Shown piece by piece: positions 28,472-39,086 of a stretch of DNA of 64,000 bases. Source of the stretch: Candidatus Bathyarchaeota archaeon (lineage in GTDB: Archaea; Thermoproteota; Bathyarchaeia; Bathyarchaeales; Bathycorpusculaceae); the NCBI GenBank assembly GCA_963832745.1, contig CAWHVC010000001.1, forward strand, positions 704,001-768,000, read 5' to 3'. Positions within the stretch are counted from its first letter, which is position 1, and every line of letters begins with the position of its first letter. A program made the translations under genes and the position numbers. Below the pieces are notes generated by a model. That model had not been told where the DNA came from and ran no database searches. It saw only the letters and a list, made by a program, of their open reading frames with translations.

Positions 28472-30064
28472 TTGGACAAAACAAAAAACGGTTACAAAAT
28501 TGTTTTAACCGCAGACCGAACACTCATGAGCGAATACAACGGAGGCATATTTCTAGGCTTCAGCGCCTGCATTCCACGCGGAGTAATACCTGACAAGCTC
28601 TACTTTTCACTATTTTGCCCATCTATACAGGTTAACAAGGACGGGTCAGCCAAGTACGCGCCATGTGGAACAAGAAAAATGGAAGCCGAACTTCTAAAAA
28701 ACGGGTACAGCCCAAACGATGTCATCGTCGCACACCCTGACCACCTTGACAAAGTCGTTGGACCAAACACAAAAGCCCTTTGCATAACAGGAAATGACCC
28801 CTTAGGCATGGGACCAGCCACATCCACATTTAGGAACCTGTTCGGCGGCCAATCCTATATGGAACTCAAATTCAAAGAAATCCTAAACAACCCCGCCGTC
28901 CAAAAATACAAGCCCAAAATTATCGTTGGCGGAGCAGGCGCGTGGCAACTGGAAGAGGAGCAGGTGCGAAAAACCTTGGGCGTTGACTGCGTGGTTATTG
29001 GTGAAGGAGAAAAAGCGATGGATTCACTTTTTACTTCAACAGCTCTTGAAGAGCCCTGGCCGGGAGTTGTTAACGCCCCAGTTGTAGCTGAACCAGACAT
29101 CCCACTTATTCAAAACGGCACAATCGACGGTATTGTGGAGATTTCCCGTGGCTGCGGCAGAGGTTGTGCATTCTGTGTGCCTACTCTTCAACAGTACCGT
29201 TGTCGTTCTATAGAGAGCATTCTAAAGGAGGTTGATGTTAACCTTAAAGCTGGAAGACGCCCTTTGCTTCACGCAGAAGACGTCCTCAGATATAAAGCCA
29301 AAGGTTTTGAAATAAATGAGCCAGCAGTAAAGGAACTCTTTGATACTGTTTACCATCACCATGGCGTTAAAGCGGTGGCGATTAGCCATTTTGCGCTTTC
29401 CTCTGTAGTAAGCGCTCCAAACCTAATCAAGGATTTATCACAGATTTTGGATGTGACAAGTGACAGTTTATGGATGAGCGGTCAATGTGGTGTTGAAACA
29501 GGCAGCCCAAAAATTATCAAGAACCTGATGGCAGGCAAAGCTAAACCGTTCTTGCCTGATGATTGGCCAGAGGTTGTCGAGAAAGGCTTCCAGATTTTAA
29601 ACGAGAACAATTGGGTTCCAGTAGCCACTTTAATCATTGGTTTACCTGACGAGGAAGAAGAAGACACCCAACTAACAATTGACCTTGTAGAAAGGCTCAA
29701 GGAACACAAAAGCCTAATTGTGCCCTTATTCATGGTCAGTGAAGGCGGATTAAAAGGCAAATCAGAATCCTTCACCATGGACAAAATCAACCGTATACAA
29801 TCAGAGCTTTTTCTTAAATGCTGGCAACATAACCTTGACTGGAGCGGCACACTTATCAAAGAATATTTTGCTCAAAGCATTACAAGGGGCTATGGTATGC
29901 GGCTAGTTTTTGGGTATGGCGTTAAAGAAGCAAACAAGTTGATTAAGCAATGCAAGGACGAGTATAATTATGACATGAACACCATGATTAAAGATGTCAA
30001 GGCAGGCAAAATCAAGATTGGACCATTGCCGGCAAGGCTCCTTTACAAGGTTGTAAAGCACTAA
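28472..30064 (+). CDS. B12-binding-class radical SAM enzyme resembling the GDGT-modifying Grs/Gms family
   Basis: IVLTADRTLMS, APCGTRKMEA, DPLGMGP, VGGAGAWQ, RGCGRGCAFC (CxxxCxxC), GVETGS, TLIIGLPDE. Confidence 0.8.
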   Translation: MDKTKNGYKIVLTADRTLMSEYNGGIFLGFSACIPRGVIPDKLYFSLFCPSIQVNKDGSAKYAPCGTRKMEAELLKNGYSPNDVIVAHPDHLDKVVGPNTKALCITGNDPLGMGPATSTFRNLFGGQSYMELKFKEILNNPAVQKYKPKIIVGGAGAWQLEEEQVRKTLGVDCVVIGEGEKAMDSLFTSTALEEPWPGVVNAPVVAEPDIPLIQNGTIDGIVEISRGCGRGCAFCVPTLQQYRCRSIESILKEVDVNLKAGRRPLLHAEDVLRYKAKGFEINEPAVKELFDTVYHHHGVKAVAISHFALSSVVSAPNLIKDLSQILDVTSDSLWMSGQCGVETGSPKIIKNLMAGKAKPFLPDDWPEVVEKGFQILNENNWVPVATLIIGLPDEEEEDTQLTIDLVERLKEHKSLIVPLFMVSEGGLKGKSESFTMDKINRIQSELFLKCWQHNLDWSGTLIKEYFAQSITRGYGMRLVFGYGVKEANKLIKQCKDEYNYDMNTMIKDVKAGKIKIGPLPARLLYKVVKH

Positions 30065-30210
30065 ACAGACAACTTTTCTTTATTTTTATTTTGTGGATAG
30101 AAGGTTTAACTTCGAATTAACTTTTTTATTTAAAGATTTAACGTTAACAGAGAGCATAGTTTATTTTCAGGTAGCCAAGAAAATATTAGGGTAACGTAGG
30201 GCAGCTTCGC

Positions 30211-31308
30211 TTGACCAGCATACAAACTCCAGTTTCATTCAAGAAATGGATCATAATTTCTGCAGCCATAGGATATGCCTCACTCATCATTTACCTACTC
30301 TACTTTGTCGGGTTTTTTGAGTTAATAGATACCATCCAAAAAGTCAACGTTGGCACTTACCTTTTAGCAATTACTTCCGTAATCGTTTCCATTACACTTC
30401 ACGCCCTTGTCTGGTTCAAACTCCTGCATTATGTCGGCATTAAGCTGAGTTTCAGAAGAACAAACGTGCTTTACTGGCTTGGCGTATTCGTGGACAATCT
30501 TATCCCAGGCGGATGGTCCGGCGACCTCTTCAAAGCATACTTGCTTGGCAAAGAACCAGGAATCGACGGCGGCAAAGCGGTAGCGTCTGTTGTTGCCAAA
30601 AACATGTACGAAGCCATCTTTAACTTGGGAAACATGGTACTGGGGCTTGTCCTGCTTTTGCTTAATTACAGTTTTGAAGGCACAATCTTGCTTGGAATAG
30701 CCGCAGTTATGTTGCTGTTGACAGTGCCACTGTTTCTGTTGATGATTATCAGTTTTAAACCTAAAGGCGCAAAGAAACTCATTGCTATGCTTATCCGTGG
30801 AATAGCACAGTTTTCTAAAAACAAAATTAACCTCTCCAAGTTTCAAGGGGAAATAAACAAGCTTTTAGATGATTACCACGAAGGCATGAAGATTCTAATA
30901 AAAAACCCAAAAATGCTTGGGCAACCAATGCTTATCTCTTTCTTTGCGTGGGGGTCTGAAATTTTAACGCTTTACCTCGTGTTTGCTTCGCTAGGCTTTT
31001 TTGTGGATGCAGATAAAATCATTATTGTTCGTTCAATCGCAGGCAACGTTGAATCTCAGGGGTACGCGTTTGCAGGTTACGCCCAAATAATCACCACTGC
31101 TTTATACACGGCGTTAGGTATAGTCCCAGCCGTTGCAGCCTCCGTAGGCATCCTTGGCAGTGTAGTAATGTTCTGGTTAAAAACAGGAATATCTTACGTT
31201 GCATTTCACTGTGTGGTTTTTGCGGGTTGTGCAGGTTATTTGTGTAGGATTGTTAGGGCATCTGATTCTTGCAAGACAAATAGTAAAGATTCAAAAGGCA
31301 AAGGGTAA
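30211..31308 (+). CDS. Flippase-like / lysylphosphatidylglycerol synthase TM domain protein (UPF0104)
   Basis: GVFVDNLIPGGWSGDLFKAYLL; multiple TM helices. Confidence 0.85.
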   Translation: MTSIQTPVSFKKWIIISAAIGYASLIIYLLYFVGFFELIDTIQKVNVGTYLLAITSVIVSITLHALVWFKLLHYVGIKLSFRRTNVLYWLGVFVDNLIPGGWSGDLFKAYLLGKEPGIDGGKAVASVVAKNMYEAIFNLGNMVLGLVLLLLNYSFEGTILLGIAAVMLLLTVPLFLLMIISFKPKGAKKLIAMLIRGIAQFSKNKINLSKFQGEINKLLDDYHEGMKILIKNPKMLGQPMLISFFAWGSEILTLYLVFASLGFFVDADKIIIVRSIAGNVESQGYAFAGYAQIITTALYTALGIVPAVAASVGILGSVVMFWLKTGISYVAFHCVVFAGCAGYLCRIVRASDSCKTNSKDSKGKG

Positions 31309-31413
31309 GAACAATAAATAGGTCTACCATGTAAGCGTTGAATTGGGTAGCAACAGCTTAAATATTTGAAAAGACCCTTTTTTTAGGTAAGCACCAAGTG
31401 AGAGTGTTTTTTT

Positions 31414-31611
31414 ATGCCAGAACATATGGAAATTTCTTCAGACAGTATGGGAAAAATGAAGCAGGCAGCAAATCAATTCAAAGATACATTAGTAGAATAT
31501 TTCAAAGAAAACAATGTGGAAATAAAAGATTGGAAATTCGGCGTTGAAAACAGTGAAGGCAACTACATAATTGATGCTGCATTAAAAATCAAAATAAGCC
31601 CAAAAAAATAA
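31414..31611 (+). CDS. Small acidic hypothetical protein
   Basis: Clean 65-aa ORF with its own TATA-like box. Confidence 0.7.
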   Translation: MPEHMEISSDSMGKMKQAANQFKDTLVEYFKENNVEIKDWKFGVENSEGNYIIDAALKIKISPKK

Positions 31612-31639
31612 ACTATCCCCCATTTTTTGGAGCCTGTTA

Positions 31640-31948
31640 GTGCAAAATAAAAATCAGTATAATCAAGTAATTTTAAAGCTTATAACAGAACTCTTTGCTA
31701 ACCCTGTTATCCAGTTTTTTCTTGACCCCATGATACCTAAACTTATCACCTTTTACCTACAAAGATACCTTAACAATTGGCAAAAAAAGGGATTAATAAA
31801 AAAGTATCATGTTGAAGTTCAACGGTTAGGCAAACTCTACTACAAAATAGGTTTACACGCTTTAGCAGCAGAAAAAGAAACAAACATTTCAGTACTAAAC
31901 TACATTTCCAGCAGGGTCGAGAATATTCTTAATCAAACAATTAAATAA
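31640..31948 (+). CDS. Hypothetical protein
   Basis: 102-aa ORF with a GGAG site, co-oriented with the previous gene. Confidence 0.6.
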   Translation: MQNKNQYNQVILKLITELFANPVIQFFLDPMIPKLITFYLQRYLNNWQKKGLIKKYHVEVQRLGKLYYKIGLHALAAEKETNISVLNYISSRVENILNQTIK

Positions 31949-31973
31949 AATAAGAAAAGGTTGGGCTGATTTT

Positions 31974-33098
31974 TTATTCAGCGTTTGCTGAAGTGTCAAC
32001 GATGCTTTTTATTTCCTTGTTAAGCATGTCAGGCAAACCTAAAATGCCTACATCCATAAAGCCACGGATAATCAACGAAACCGCTTGGTCACGTGAAAGC
32101 TTGCGAGTCATAAGGTAAGTGATTTCTTTTTCACTGATTTTGCCTACTGCAGCTTCATGGGTGATTTCGACGCCTTTCTTTGTCGCGATAAGTTCAGGTA
32201 TTGACTGCATAAAAGATTCGTTATCCATTAGTAACCCGCGGCACTCTAAGTGACCTTTGCATTCAGAGTTGTTGCCTTCAATTAAACCGCGAATAATCAT
32301 TTTTGATCCTTCGCGGGCAATTGCACGGCTAACCATTTCGGCTTTACTGCCTCTTCCTGTTAGAACTGCTTTTGAACCAATGTCTAAGAGGCTGTTTTTG
32401 TGACCATAAAGTATGCTGTTGAAGCTTACTCTGGACTCGACGCCATTGCAGTATGCCACTGGATACATTTGCATGTCACGGACTGGACGCATACATACAT
32501 AGTTAGAAACAAAGGTAGCGTTATCATCTATTTGGGCAGCACTTCTTGGACGAACCATTGTTTGTTCGCTCCATTGGTGAATCATTGTGAAGTTTAGCAT
32601 TGCACCCTTTTTGACATAGATTTCAGAAATGCCCATGTGGGTAGCATTCGGGACATTGTAATGTTGAAGGCAACTGGTGATTATATGAGCTTTTGAATCT
32701 TCCTCAGCAATAATTATGTTATGCACTTTTTGTTCAAGATTCTTCTGTGTGATCATTAAACATGACTGCAGTGGAAAATCGATTTCTGCCCCTTTAAGAA
32801 TCCGCATGAAGTATCCACCGCTGTAGTCTTCAGCAACTTTTTTGGTGTATTCATCTTTGTCTTTGTTAACTAGTTTCCACCGGTACTCTTCAAGCCATGG
32901 ATACTTTTTCAACGCAACTTTAATGTCCATAAGCTCTATTTTTCCTTCATAGAGCTCGTTGACCTTAGCAGCGATTGTTTCCTGATTTACATGATAGAAT
33001 GTGCCTGAACGTTTTGATTCGTCACTTTCCATTCCAGCTTTTTGAGCTTCCAATAGAATCTGGTGTGGAATTTTGGTTAAATCACTTTCTTTGGCCAT
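31974..33098 (-). CDS. sufB: Fe-S assembly SufB/SufD family protein (SmsB type)
   Basis: FPLQSC, QMYP, KGHLECRGL, SIPEL, THEAAVGKI, YLMTR. Confidence 0.92.
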   Translation of the reverse strand: MAKESDLTKIPHQILLEAQKAGMESDESKRSGTFYHVNQETIAAKVNELYEGKIELMDIKVALKKYPWLEEYRWKLVNKDKDEYTKKVAEDYSGGYFMRILKGAEIDFPLQSCLMITQKNLEQKVHNIIIAEEDSKAHIITSCLQHYNVPNATHMGISEIYVKKGAMLNFTMIHQWSEQTMVRPRSAAQIDDNATFVSNYVCMRPVRDMQMYPVAYCNGVESRVSFNSILYGHKNSLLDIGSKAVLTGRGSKAEMVSRAIAREGSKMIIRGLIEGNNSECKGHLECRGLLMDNESFMQSIPELIATKKGVEITHEAAVGKISEKEITYLMTRKLSRDQAVSLIIRGFMDVGILGLPDMLNKEIKSIVDTSANAE

Positions 33099-33852
33099 TG
33101 TTTTTCCATCCTTCGTCTGTTCTTATTCGGCAGGCTACGCATTCCTCGTATCCTAAACGTTTAATGTCCTCATAAATACGCATTGGGTCTTTAAAGCAGT
33201 GGAATTGACCGCTAAGCAGAATACAACCGTATGAAGCCTTAATGTTTTCCATAATATCACCTTTATGGGTAATAATTAAAGCTGAACTGCCAGTACTTTC
33301 AACGTATTTTTGAATTGCAGTTGAAATCATCCTTAAACTTTCAACGTCAACGCCTGAATCAGGCTCATCAAGCAGAAGCAATTGGGGCTTAAGGAATATC
33401 AACTGTAAGATTTCAGAACGTTTTCTTTCTCCACCGCTGAAACCCATGTTAACATCTCGGTTAAGAAAGCTGGTTAAACGGAAAGATTCAATCTGAGCCA
33501 TTTCTTCGGGACTAAACTCGTCAGTTGCAGATTTGCCTAAACAAAGCTTAAGCAAATCTCCAAGCTTAACACCGGTTATTTCAGGTGGGCTTTGGAAGCT
33601 AACGATTATGCCCAGTTTTGCGCGTTCGTCAACCCCTTTATTGGTTATGTCTACTCCACGGAAAAGTATTTGTCCAGAAACAACCTCGTAACCTGGGAGC
33701 CCCATTAAGGTACTGATAAGCGTTGTTTTTCCTGAACCGTTAGGTCCAAAAAGAATGTGGCTTTTTCCTTCTTTAAGGTCGAAGGTTAAATCTTTGAGAA
33801 TCAATTTGCCCTCAACTTTAACGGACAGCCCTTTAACTTCAAGCATTGACAT
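33082..33852 (-). CDS. sufC: Fe-S assembly ATPase SufC (SmsC type, C-terminal CxxC)
   Basis: GPNGSGKT, RDVNMGFSGGERKRSE, DEPDSGVD, YEECVAC. Confidence 0.95.
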   Translation of the reverse strand: MSMLEVKGLSVKVEGKLILKDLTFDLKEGKSHILFGPNGSGKTTLISTLMGLPGYEVVSGQILFRGVDITNKGVDERAKLGIIVSFQSPPEITGVKLGDLLKLCLGKSATDEFSPEEMAQIESFRLTSFLNRDVNMGFSGGERKRSEILQLIFLKPQLLLLDEPDSGVDVESLRMISTAIQKYVESTGSSALIITHKGDIMENIKASYGCILLSGQFHCFKDPMRIYEDIKRLGYEECVACRIRTDEGWKNNGQRK

Positions 33853-33975
33853 AATTGATCAAAAAGAAGTGTACTAAGGAAAAATAAAACCTTTTATTAA
33901 AAAATCAATCATTTAATCAACAAAATACGCATTTCGATAAATACAACCAGAAGAGCAATACATAAGAAAAAAAGT

Positions 33976-34463
33976 TTAGAAAGGAAGAAGTTTAGTGTTT
34001 TCGACTTGTGTGTCTGTCAGGTTATCGATTGCATAGTATCCTGGCGGCAAATTGGTGGTTCCACCGACAGCTTCAAGGATCACCATCAATCCTGGAACTG
34101 GACTTGTGTTTGTGCTGTTCCCTAAGTAATCTGTCTGAACGGGAGTGAATATAGCTTGAACGGTAATGTTGTCACCTGAATTAACAATAAAGGTTAGTGG
34201 AAGGTTTTTGCTTATAGTTGAGCTTGTTTGATTATAGATTATCCATTAAAGAAACGCAAATGTGCTTTCACCATTTGCTGTTATGGTGTCTGTATCACCA
34301 TTGTTGTATGTGTACGTGCCAGCAGTTGGGGTGGTTGTTCTGCCTACAGATTCAAGAACATTTACAGTTGCCTGATTTTGAGCGTTCACAGCACTGACTG
34401 AAACAGTCAGAATCGAAACTAAAATGAAAAAATCATTGTTGAAACAAAAATTTTGTTTTTCAT
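33976..34463 (-). pseudogene. Decayed secreted protein with InlB-B/Listeria-Bacteroides-type repeats
   Basis: Signal peptide with a frameshift, then ATVNVLESVGRTTTPTAGTYTYNNGDT...FAFL*WII (TAA at 34246)...VQAIFTP...ILEAVGGTT; truncated. Confidence 0.75.
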
Positions 34464-34772
34464 TTTAGAAACCTACTTTTTAGATTCTACTTGAATTTTT
34501 TTTATGCAAGCATTAAATATTAAAGTTAGCGGTTGTATCGATACAGTCATAAACTATGGCTATGTAGATCCAAAAGCGCTTAATAGACAAGTTACCAAAA
34601 AACCTGTTATAGAAAACAAGAAAATTGTCTCATGGAGCGGTCGCAAAATACAAATAAACAGAATAACCAACGAATTGTACCCAGAATTGAATCAAAATTC
34701 AAAAATTTACCCCTAAATTACGCAAATGTTTTATTCTCAAACAAACAAACTATCTGTGGAGATAAAAAAAGA

Positions 34773-35042
34773 ATGCCAAGCGCATACGTGTTATTTACTG
34801 TCTCCCCAGGATTTGAAGATGCCGTCTTAAATGCCGCAAAAAACACTGGAGAAGTCGAAGAAGCATTCGTATCTTATGGCGCCTATGACCTTATCGTTAA
34901 AGCAAAAGCAGAATCTATGGATGAACTAAAAGAGCTAGTAAGCTACAAACTACGTACAATCGCCAACGTGACATCCACTCTGACGTTAATGATAGATCAA
35001 GAAAACAAAGCCAAACGATTAGAAATACCATTACAGCATTAA
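34773..35042 (+). CDS. Stand-alone Lrp/AsnC ligand-binding (RAM) domain protein
   Basis: MPSAYVLF...VEEAFVSYGAYDLIVK...VTSTLTLM. Confidence 0.88.
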   Translation: MPSAYVLFTVSPGFEDAVLNAAKNTGEVEEAFVSYGAYDLIVKAKAESMDELKELVSYKLRTIANVTSTLTLMIDQENKAKRLEIPLQH

Positions 35043-35184
35043 GCACAAGCTAAAATGGGGAAGGATAAAAGCCAAAAATTTTTGGCAAACAGGTAAGGGT
35101 ACTTATTAACTGTAACAGACATGAAACAACCTTTTACGTTTGCGCATGACAAATTTTCTGATTAAGCGTAAAAAGCAGAAATGT

Positions 35185-36756
35185 TTATGGGTTTACAACG
35201 CAGGATACGTCTAACTGCTTCTCGAACGCTTCATAAAACGCTCGCCTGTTCTGCATAATACTCCATTTTTCCATGCTGCAATCAGTCTCAGAGTGAAAAG
35301 AAAGCATAACAACGCCCCCTTTGTTGCTGGTAAACTCGACATTCTTTACTAAGCCACCGTGGCTACGGTCCAGTTTTTCAGCTATCCTTAAAAAAGTTGA
35401 TAAAACAACCACCGCGTACTTGGATTCTACATCCAAATCTATTTTCTTTAATGCTTTACTGGTGGGCAATTTTTTTCGGTGAAAACGAGCCACATTAGCG
35501 ATTAGCGTGATTTCTTGGGGTTCAAAACCGTAAAGCTCAGCGTTACTAATAATGTAGTGAGAATGCAAATGGTGATTATTGAAAGAAATGACATCACCAA
35601 TGTCATGAAGCGTGGCAGCGTAAGCTAACAATTCCCGATACTTGTCTGAAAGGTAATGCAGCCCAATTTGTTTTGCACTATCAAATAATTGCACAGCTAA
35701 AGCTGAAACGGTTTGAGAGTGGTCTTCATCAAAATTAAAAGATCGCCCTAAATGCAGAACGCTTCGATTTCTTAAAGGAGTTTTTTGAAGCTCCCGGTAA
35801 CTTTCAAAATTCGACAAATAATCAGCAAGCAAACCATCACGAAGCTCTTTGTGGGTAACACGAATTTCTTCTAAACCAAAATCTTCCATCAACGCATCAA
35901 TGATAGCTGCCCCAGCCACGATTATGTCTGCTCGGTAAGGGTTAATTCCAGGCAATTTTCGTCGTTCTTCAAGCGTCAAAGAACACAACGTAGAAGCTAA
36001 TCGTTTCAGATTTTTCCTGTTAAGCACAAGACCGCCGCTGTTGTTTTTCTTGAATAGTTTGCCCGCGATTTCTGCAAGGTTAATAATGGTACCTGAGGAG
36101 CCCCAAGCAAGCCTTGAACCGCATTCTTTAACAATTGTCTGTACTGATCGTGCACTGCGGTGTACATGATTCTTCATTTTCTTGTAGATGCTATCAGGTA
36201 TTTGTTTGGTCCAGCCTTCACCGATAAATTGGGTTGTAAGCCTTATTGCGCCAACTTTTAGGCTGTAAGTATAGTAAAGTTGGTATTGGTCTCCGATAGC
36301 GATTTCTGTGCTTCCACCGCCCAAATCTATGAACATTGCTTTTTCTTCGCCAATGTCTATGCCGCTTAAAACACCCATGTAAATTAAACGAGCCTCTTCT
36401 TCCCCAGAGATAACCTGAACATTCAAACCAGTCTCTTTAAAAAGTCGATCAAGAAACACTGACTTATTGTCTGCTTCTCGAATGGCGGACGTGCCAACAG
36501 CAAATATTTTTGTTGCACCATAAGTTTTGGATAAACTGGTAAATTTTCCGCAGACAAAAATTGCACGATCCATTGCTTCGGGTTTAAGCAGGTTATCACT
36601 AAATTCTTCTTCGCCTAATCTTACAACTTCTTTTTCTTGGCTAATAATAGTGTAAGAAAAATTAGGGTTTATTCTAACAACAAGTAGCCTAACCGCGTTG
36701 GTTCCAATATCTATGAAGCCTACAACTTGGCCTAAGGTTGCTACTGTTTGACCCAT
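35185..36756 (-). CDS. ppx: Exopolyphosphatase Ppx/GppA with HD domain
   Basis: IDIGTNAVRL, TSAIREA, ISGEEEARL, DLGGGSTE, RADII, LHDIG. Confidence 0.95.
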   Translation of the reverse strand: MGQTVATLGQVVGFIDIGTNAVRLLVVRINPNFSYTIISQEKEVVRLGEEEFSDNLLKPEAMDRAIFVCGKFTSLSKTYGATKIFAVGTSAIREADNKSVFLDRLFKETGLNVQVISGEEEARLIYMGVLSGIDIGEEKAMFIDLGGGSTEIAIGDQYQLYYTYSLKVGAIRLTTQFIGEGWTKQIPDSIYKKMKNHVHRSARSVQTIVKECGSRLAWGSSGTIINLAEIAGKLFKKNNSGGLVLNRKNLKRLASTLCSLTLEERRKLPGINPYRADIIVAGAAIIDALMEDFGLEEIRVTHKELRDGLLADYLSNFESYRELQKTPLRNRSVLHLGRSFNFDEDHSQTVSALAVQLFDSAKQIGLHYLSDKYRELLAYAATLHDIGDVISFNNHHLHSHYIISNAELYGFEPQEITLIANVARFHRKKLPTSKALKKIDLDVESKYAVVVLSTFLRIAEKLDRSHGGLVKNVEFTSNKGGVVMLSFHSETDCSMEKWSIMQNRRAFYEAFEKQLDVSCVVNP

Positions 36757-39086
36757 ACCAACACCATCTTCTTTTTGAAGAACTTTTCAAATAAGTCCTT
36801 TTTCTTATCAAACGCTTGCTCCACTAATGAAGTATCCGTATCTGAAACACATTCAAGTGTTACTCTTTTCGAAGCAACCCTGACACCTAAGATTTTAACT
36901 TTGGCATCATGCGTGTAATCTAACGAGTCGGCTACTCGGAGAATGCTGGACAAAGCTGAGATTTCGTTAACTGTTTTACTGTTTAAGGTTGCAAGATTGT
37001 AATGCTTTTGTTTCGGAAGCCCCTTTCGGTGGTAACGGGCAATACTTGCTACAACTCGCCGCTCCTCAGATGCCAGAGGCAATTGGGCCTCGTTTAGAAT
37101 TATAGTCATTGAGGTTTTGTTATGGCCTTTTATGGCTTTTGATAAGCCCAAATCGTGCAGTAAAGCGGCGCATTCCAGCAGGTTCCGTTGGTATTCGCCT
37201 AAATGGTGAAGACTCTGCAGAGTATCATACAAACTTAAAGATAACTCTCGCACGTGCTCAACATGCATTGTATCCTGCAAACAAGTTTTTGATAATTCAC
37301 GAGCTGCATACATTAGTTCAGTCCAGTTTCGGTTTTGATTAGCTTTTTTTGCTTTGTCTTCACTTTTTATTGCTTCCAAAGCTTCACCGCGAAGTAACAT
37401 TTGGGCAAAACTTTCAGGCAATCCCTTCTTACGCGAAGCTGAAGCGGCATCTTCAACAGGATAACTCAACCGAAACAGTTCTACATTGAGGGGGTTAAAA
37501 CTTAGCATTGCATAAGCAGTTTGAGGATTACCATCTCCAGGACGGCCCACACTTCCAGGATTAACAAAAGAGACACCAGCCGCTTGCCTATAAAATGGAT
37601 CATGCGAATGCCCCACAATAATCAAGTCAGCCTCCGCATCAGACGCGATTTTTTTAAGTCTCGCTTCAGGCGTATCATGATAAAGATGTTCGGTTGAAGA
37701 TTTTGGGCTTGCATGTGTCACGAGTACTTTTTTGCCTACAAGCTCCAGCTTCATTTCGGTTGGGAAAGAGTGAAGATAAACCTTGCAGGGTTCGGTTAAT
37801 ACGTTGTTAGTGTAGGTTAATGCAAGCTTTTTGACGCCCTTATCTTTTGAAGTGTCCTGTAAAACTTCTGAGTCAAAATTTCCGCAAACACTAAGCACGT
37901 TTTTTTCATACAGCAAATTAAGAACCTCGTTTGGACATGCGCCAAAACCGACAGAGTCTCCAGCATTCAAAAAAAGTTGCGCTCCCTTTTTTTCGGCATC
38001 TTGAACCACCGTTTCCAAAGCATGCAAGTTAGCATGAATATCCGATAAAACTGCAACCTTCAAGTTTGGGTTTGAAAGCAAAACAGAATCAAGCTTATTT
38101 GCCCCAAATCCTGCCTCAGTGTTTACGGATTTTTGGAGATTACTAAAAAAGTTTTGCGCCATGACTTCATCCCACCGTTTGACGAAACTGGCATAATTGC
38201 GTTCTTTGCGCTCGGTGACATAAACTGAAAAATCGATGGCTGCTTGTTTGAACTCTACGGTTATGAAATCTTTTTTGAAACGTTTCTTTTGGTTGTCCCC
38301 TAAGTGTTGGTTGTCGACAGTGAACTTTGAAAGAATGCTTAGCCATTCATCGCAATCATGCATTTCGCCAAGCAAATCTTGAAAATCCTTTATCACCTGA
38401 ATTTCTTGAGTTAATCCATTTTTGTATAAGGGAGCAAACGTTTCCATAGTGTAACGGAGATGTTTAGCGTTTATTCGCATTTCATGATGCTTAAGCGTCT
38501 CTGATTCCTGATGAACATACTCAGATAAAGCTAACAAATCATCAAGCAGGCAGGTTATGTTCCAACCAGCTTTTTCGAAAACAGACCGAGAATCCAAAGA
38601 TTCACCTGACAATTCGCCGGCAGTCCGCTTTAAGAAATCAGAAATTTCCGTTAATCCTGCAGAATTTTGCAGTTTCTCCAAACCTTCAGTCACAGTTGCT
38701 TGAACGGCTTTTCTACAGTCCTTGTGGTCCTTTAAAAGGGGAGTTAATCCTTGGCGTTTAGCTGGCGATTCTTGGATGTAATTTTGCAAAAAAGCTATTT
38801 GAACATCAAGGTCTCGAGCTTCACTGAGAAGCTTTGTTACAGTTTTTATCTCTTTAAACCATCGTTTGTACTTCTTTTTCGGGTAACATGACTGAAATAA
38901 AGACATAACGGCTCTTATTTTTCGTGAGCTAACGCGCATTTTGTGAACGCATTCAACATCTTTATTCTCTATGACATCATCAATGTGAGCTTCAAAACTC
39001 TTCAAAAGCTTACTTAGCACGTCACAGCCAAACAGGCAGTAGCTTTTGCCATGGTTAAACGACAGGTTTTTATCGGTTATACTCAT
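36741..39086 (-). CDS. CHAD + metallophosphoesterase + HD fusion protein
   Basis: VHKMRVSSRKIR, RDLDV, HEMRINAKHLRY, QDLLGEMHDCD (CHAD); SDIHAN, GD, GNFD, GHSH, NPGSVG (MPP); LLHDLG, IARYHRK, ADSLD (HD). Confidence 0.9.
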   Translation of the reverse strand: MSITDKNLSFNHGKSYCLFGCDVLSKLLKSFEAHIDDVIENKDVECVHKMRVSSRKIRAVMSLFQSCYPKKKYKRWFKEIKTVTKLLSEARDLDVQIAFLQNYIQESPAKRQGLTPLLKDHKDCRKAVQATVTEGLEKLQNSAGLTEISDFLKRTAGELSGESLDSRSVFEKAGWNITCLLDDLLALSEYVHQESETLKHHEMRINAKHLRYTMETFAPLYKNGLTQEIQVIKDFQDLLGEMHDCDEWLSILSKFTVDNQHLGDNQKKRFKKDFITVEFKQAAIDFSVYVTERKERNYASFVKRWDEVMAQNFFSNLQKSVNTEAGFGANKLDSVLLSNPNLKVAVLSDIHANLHALETVVQDAEKKGAQLFLNAGDSVGFGACPNEVLNLLYEKNVLSVCGNFDSEVLQDTSKDKGVKKLALTYTNNVLTEPCKVYLHSFPTEMKLELVGKKVLVTHASPKSSTEHLYHDTPEARLKKIASDAEADLIIVGHSHDPFYRQAAGVSFVNPGSVGRPGDGNPQTAYAMLSFNPLNVELFRLSYPVEDAASASRKKGLPESFAQMLLRGEALEAIKSEDKAKKANQNRNWTELMYAARELSKTCLQDTMHVEHVRELSLSLYDTLQSLHHLGEYQRNLLECAALLHDLGLSKAIKGHNKTSMTIILNEAQLPLASEERRVVASIARYHRKGLPKQKHYNLATLNSKTVNEISALSSILRVADSLDYTHDAKVKILGVRVASKRVTLECVSDTDTSLVEQAFDKKKDLFEKFFKKKMVLVWVKQ

